A stretch of DNA of 64,000 nt, taken from NCBI RefSeq assembly GCF_004010195.1, contig NC_057724.1, positions 28,696,983-28,760,982 of the forward strand, given 5' to 3'. The notes below the pieces were generated by a model that did not search any database, had not been told where the DNA came from, and saw nothing but the letters and a program-made list of their open reading frames with translations. This document shows positions 61,340 to 64,000 of this stretch, piece after piece. This stretch comes from Chiloscyllium plagiosum. Lineage: Eukaryota. The translations under genes and the position numbers were made by a program. How positions within the stretch are numbered: the stretch's first letter is position 1; every line of letters starts with the position of its first letter.

Positions 61340-62958
61340 CAGGGTGAAAGGAAAGGCTGGTAGGTATAGGGAATGCTGGATGACGAAAGAAATTGAGGGT
61401 TTGGTTAAGAAAAAGAAGGAAGCATATGTAAGGTATAGACAGGATAGATCGAGTGAATNNNNNNNNNNNNNNNNNNNNNNNNNNNNNNNNNNNNNNNNNN
61501 NNNNNNNNNNNNNNNNNNNNNNNNNNNNNNNNNNNNNNNNNNNNNNNNNNNNNNNNNNNNNNNNNNNNNNNNNNNNNNNNNNNNNNNNNNNNNNNNNNNN
61601 NNNNNNNNNNNNNNNNNNNNNNNNNNNNNNNNNNNNNNNNNNNNNNNNNNNNNNNNNNNNNNNNNNNNNNNNNNNNNNNNNNNNNNNNNNNNNNNNNNNN
61701 NNNNNNNNNNNNNNNNNNNNNNNNNNNNNNNNNNNNNNNNNNNNNNNNNNNNNNNNNNNNNNNNNNNNNNNNNNNNNNNNNNNNNNNNNNNNNNNNNNNN
61801 NNNNNNNNNNNNNNNNNNNNNNNNNNNNNNNNNNNNNNNNNNNNNNNNNNNNNNNNNNNNNNNNNNNNNNNNNNNNNNNNNNNNNNNNNNNNNNNNNNNN
61901 NNNNNNNNNNNNNNNNNNNNNNNNNNNNNNNNNNNNNNNNNNNNNNNNNNNNNNNNNNNNNNNNNNNNNNNNNNNNNNNNNNNNNNNNNNNNNNNNNNNN
62001 NNNNNNNNNNNNNNNNNNNNNNNNNNNNNNNNNNNNNNNNNNNNNNNNNNNNNNNNNNNNNNNNNNNNNNNNNNNNNNNNNNNNNNNNNNNNNNNNNNNN
62101 NNNNNNNNNNNNNNNNNNNNNNNNNNNNNNNNNNNNNNNNNNNNNNNNNNNNNNNNNNNNNNNNNNNNNNNNNNNNNNNNNNNNNNNNNNNNNNNNNNNN
62201 NNNNNNNNNNNNNNNNNNNNNNNNNNNNNNNNNNNNNNNNNNNNNNNNNNNNNNNNNNNNNNNNNNNNNNNNNNNNNNNNNNNNNNNNNNNNNNNNNNNN
62301 NNNNNNNNNNNNNNNNNNNNNNNNTACAACAGGATCTTGACCAGATGGGCCAATGGGCTGAGAAGTGGCAGATGGAGTTTAATTCAGATAAATGCGAGGT
62401 GCTGCTTTTTGGGAAAGCAAATCTTAGCAGAACTTATACACTTAATGGTAAGGCCCTAGGGGATGTTGCTGAACAAAGAGACTTTGGAATGCAGGTTCAT
62501 AGCTCCTTGAAAATGGAGTTGCAGGTAGATAGGCTAGTGAAGAAGACGTTTGGTATGCTTTCTTTTATTGGTCAGAGTATTGAGGACAGGAGTAAGGAGG
62601 TCATGTTGCAGATATACAGGACATTGGTTAGGCCACTGTTGGAATATTGCGTGCAATTCTGGTCTCCTTCCTATCGGAAAGATGTTGTGAAACTTGAAAG
62701 GGTTCAGAAAAGATTTGCAATGATGTTGCCAGGGTTGGAGGATTTGAGCTATAGGGAGAGGCTGAACAGGCTGGGGCTGTTTTCCCTGGATCATCAGAGG
62801 CTGAGGGGTGACCTTATAGAGGTTTACAAAATTATGAGGGGCATGGATAGGTTAATTAGGCAAAGTCATTTCCCTGGGGTTGGGAGTCCAGAACTAGAGG
62901 GCATAGGTTTAGGGTGAGAGGGGGAAGATATAAAAGAGACCTAAGGGGCAACTTTTTC
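61340..62958 (+). mobile_element. Young CR1/HER1 LINE spanning assembly gap 61459-62324, 3' end missing
   Basis: Both gap flanks match the 53905-56113 copy collinearly; it breaks off at ggcaactttttca. Confidence 0.9.
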
Positions 62959-64000
62959 AAGCTCCCACAGAACCATGATTTTCAGTTTAAGCTTTCAGTA
63001 GCAGTTGCAGCTAGGATCTTGAAGCTGGATGTGGAAGCTGTTTTTCCTCTCTCTATTATGGCTAAAAGCTGGGGTTTTCTTTCTGCTGGAATTGCATGTG
63101 AGACAATCAATTGCACTGAACTTGTCTTTGCCAAGGATGTGTTTATGGGATGTTAATAAATTGGAACAGTTACTGTCGTGTGGTTAAATAATCTATTATT
63201 CTGTTAAGTTATTCCAATTTCTTCTTTCTTTTGTATTTTAATCGTAGTGTATGTATAAAGTGTGTTTTGCTTCAAGACTGGTAGTTTGACTTTTGAAATA
63301 AGGAAAAGTTAGGGTCTAGACTATCTTAATATATTTTGAGGGGGTTTGGTCTGATCCATAAGAAGTTGGGGACTCTTGTCAGGGTCAAAATCTCTAATTT
63401 TAGGCTGGCTTTATGTGTATTGGACTCAAAGGCAGTGAGTAGTGAGTTTTTTTTTTATTTCGGGTGTTGCACTTGGTTGGTTTAAACAGAATTTACCTTG
63501 TGTAATAGTGGCTCTTTCAGTCACGAAGAGTTTCCTGGGCGGGGGGGAGGTGTAAGAAGTCACTTCAGGAGTTTTACAGGAAGTGGGTCAGGCAAAGCTT
63601 TTGGAATTGGCAAGCAACTTGGAGTGGGAGTTGCTTGTGTTGGTGAGGAAAGGAGAAATAATTGTGGCAATCTCACATTTACAATTGCCAGGAATGCCAT
63701 TGGAATCTTTGGAAATGAAATCACTTGAGGGAAAAGGAAAAAAAAAGGAAATTAAACATTTTGCATTATGATTTAAAGCAGAGGGACAAAAGACATAAGG
63801 AAGGCCCTAGCCGAAGAACGGGAGAAAAACAGAGCTTTTAAACTTCAGAGCTTGGAACTGAAAACTCAGTCGACTTAAAATGGCAGGAGTAGAGGTGGAA
63901 GGTAGGAATCATGATGAGGACAGTGATGGAGAGCAATCCCATTGTAGCCAAAAGCCTGGTAGGGATCTGTTTAAATATGTCCAAGCATCACCTAAGTTTG
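62959..64000 (+). mobile_element. Gypsy-type LTR retrotransposon 5' part: LTR remnant, degenerate PBS, decayed gag start
   Basis: LTR-like end ggggtttggtctgatccataa (about 63361), then tggggactcttgtcaggg resembling a tRNA-Pro PBS (TGGGGGCTCGTCCGGG); gag-like DLFKYVQASPKF at the window end. Confidence 0.6.

Noticed and set aside
61307-62459. ORFs of 295-382 aa
   Set aside because: Almost entirely assembly-gap Ns inside a CR1 copy.

Overview
This is vertebrate genomic DNA, not prokaryotic. It is very probably a shark or ray, judged from HE1-type V-SINEs, HER1/CR1 LINEs and Deu-domain SINEs. Two host genes lie on the + strand. (1) The last coding exon and long 3' UTR of PRRG3 (transmembrane Gla protein 3) at 3606-4160. 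(2) A seven-coding-exon MFF/FATE1-family gene, not visible in the ORF track, reconstructed by hand from splice sites and phases: 33683-33896, 40925-41082, 42160-42248, 45244-45399, 53221-53283, 60499-60577, 60945-61076 (891 nt, 296 aa). It sits where FATE1 sits in mammals (downstream of PRRG3), yet has full mitochondrial-fission-factor architecture: N-terminal Drp1-binding repeats, coiled coil and tail anchor. A motif-dense CpG-rich promoter candidate lies at about 27950-28220. Most other sequence is transposon-derived: CR1/HER1 and L2-group LINEs (some nested), Penelope-like elements, Gypsy relics, a hAT relic and SINEs. Notably, the Penelope pseudo-LTRs carry minimal hammerhead ribozyme motifs, including about 220-bp palindromic twin-hammerhead elements with target-site duplications inside the host introns. 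There are two assembly gaps (11632-11797, 61459-62324). All family assignments come from recalled motifs, not database searches, and TE boundaries are approximate.
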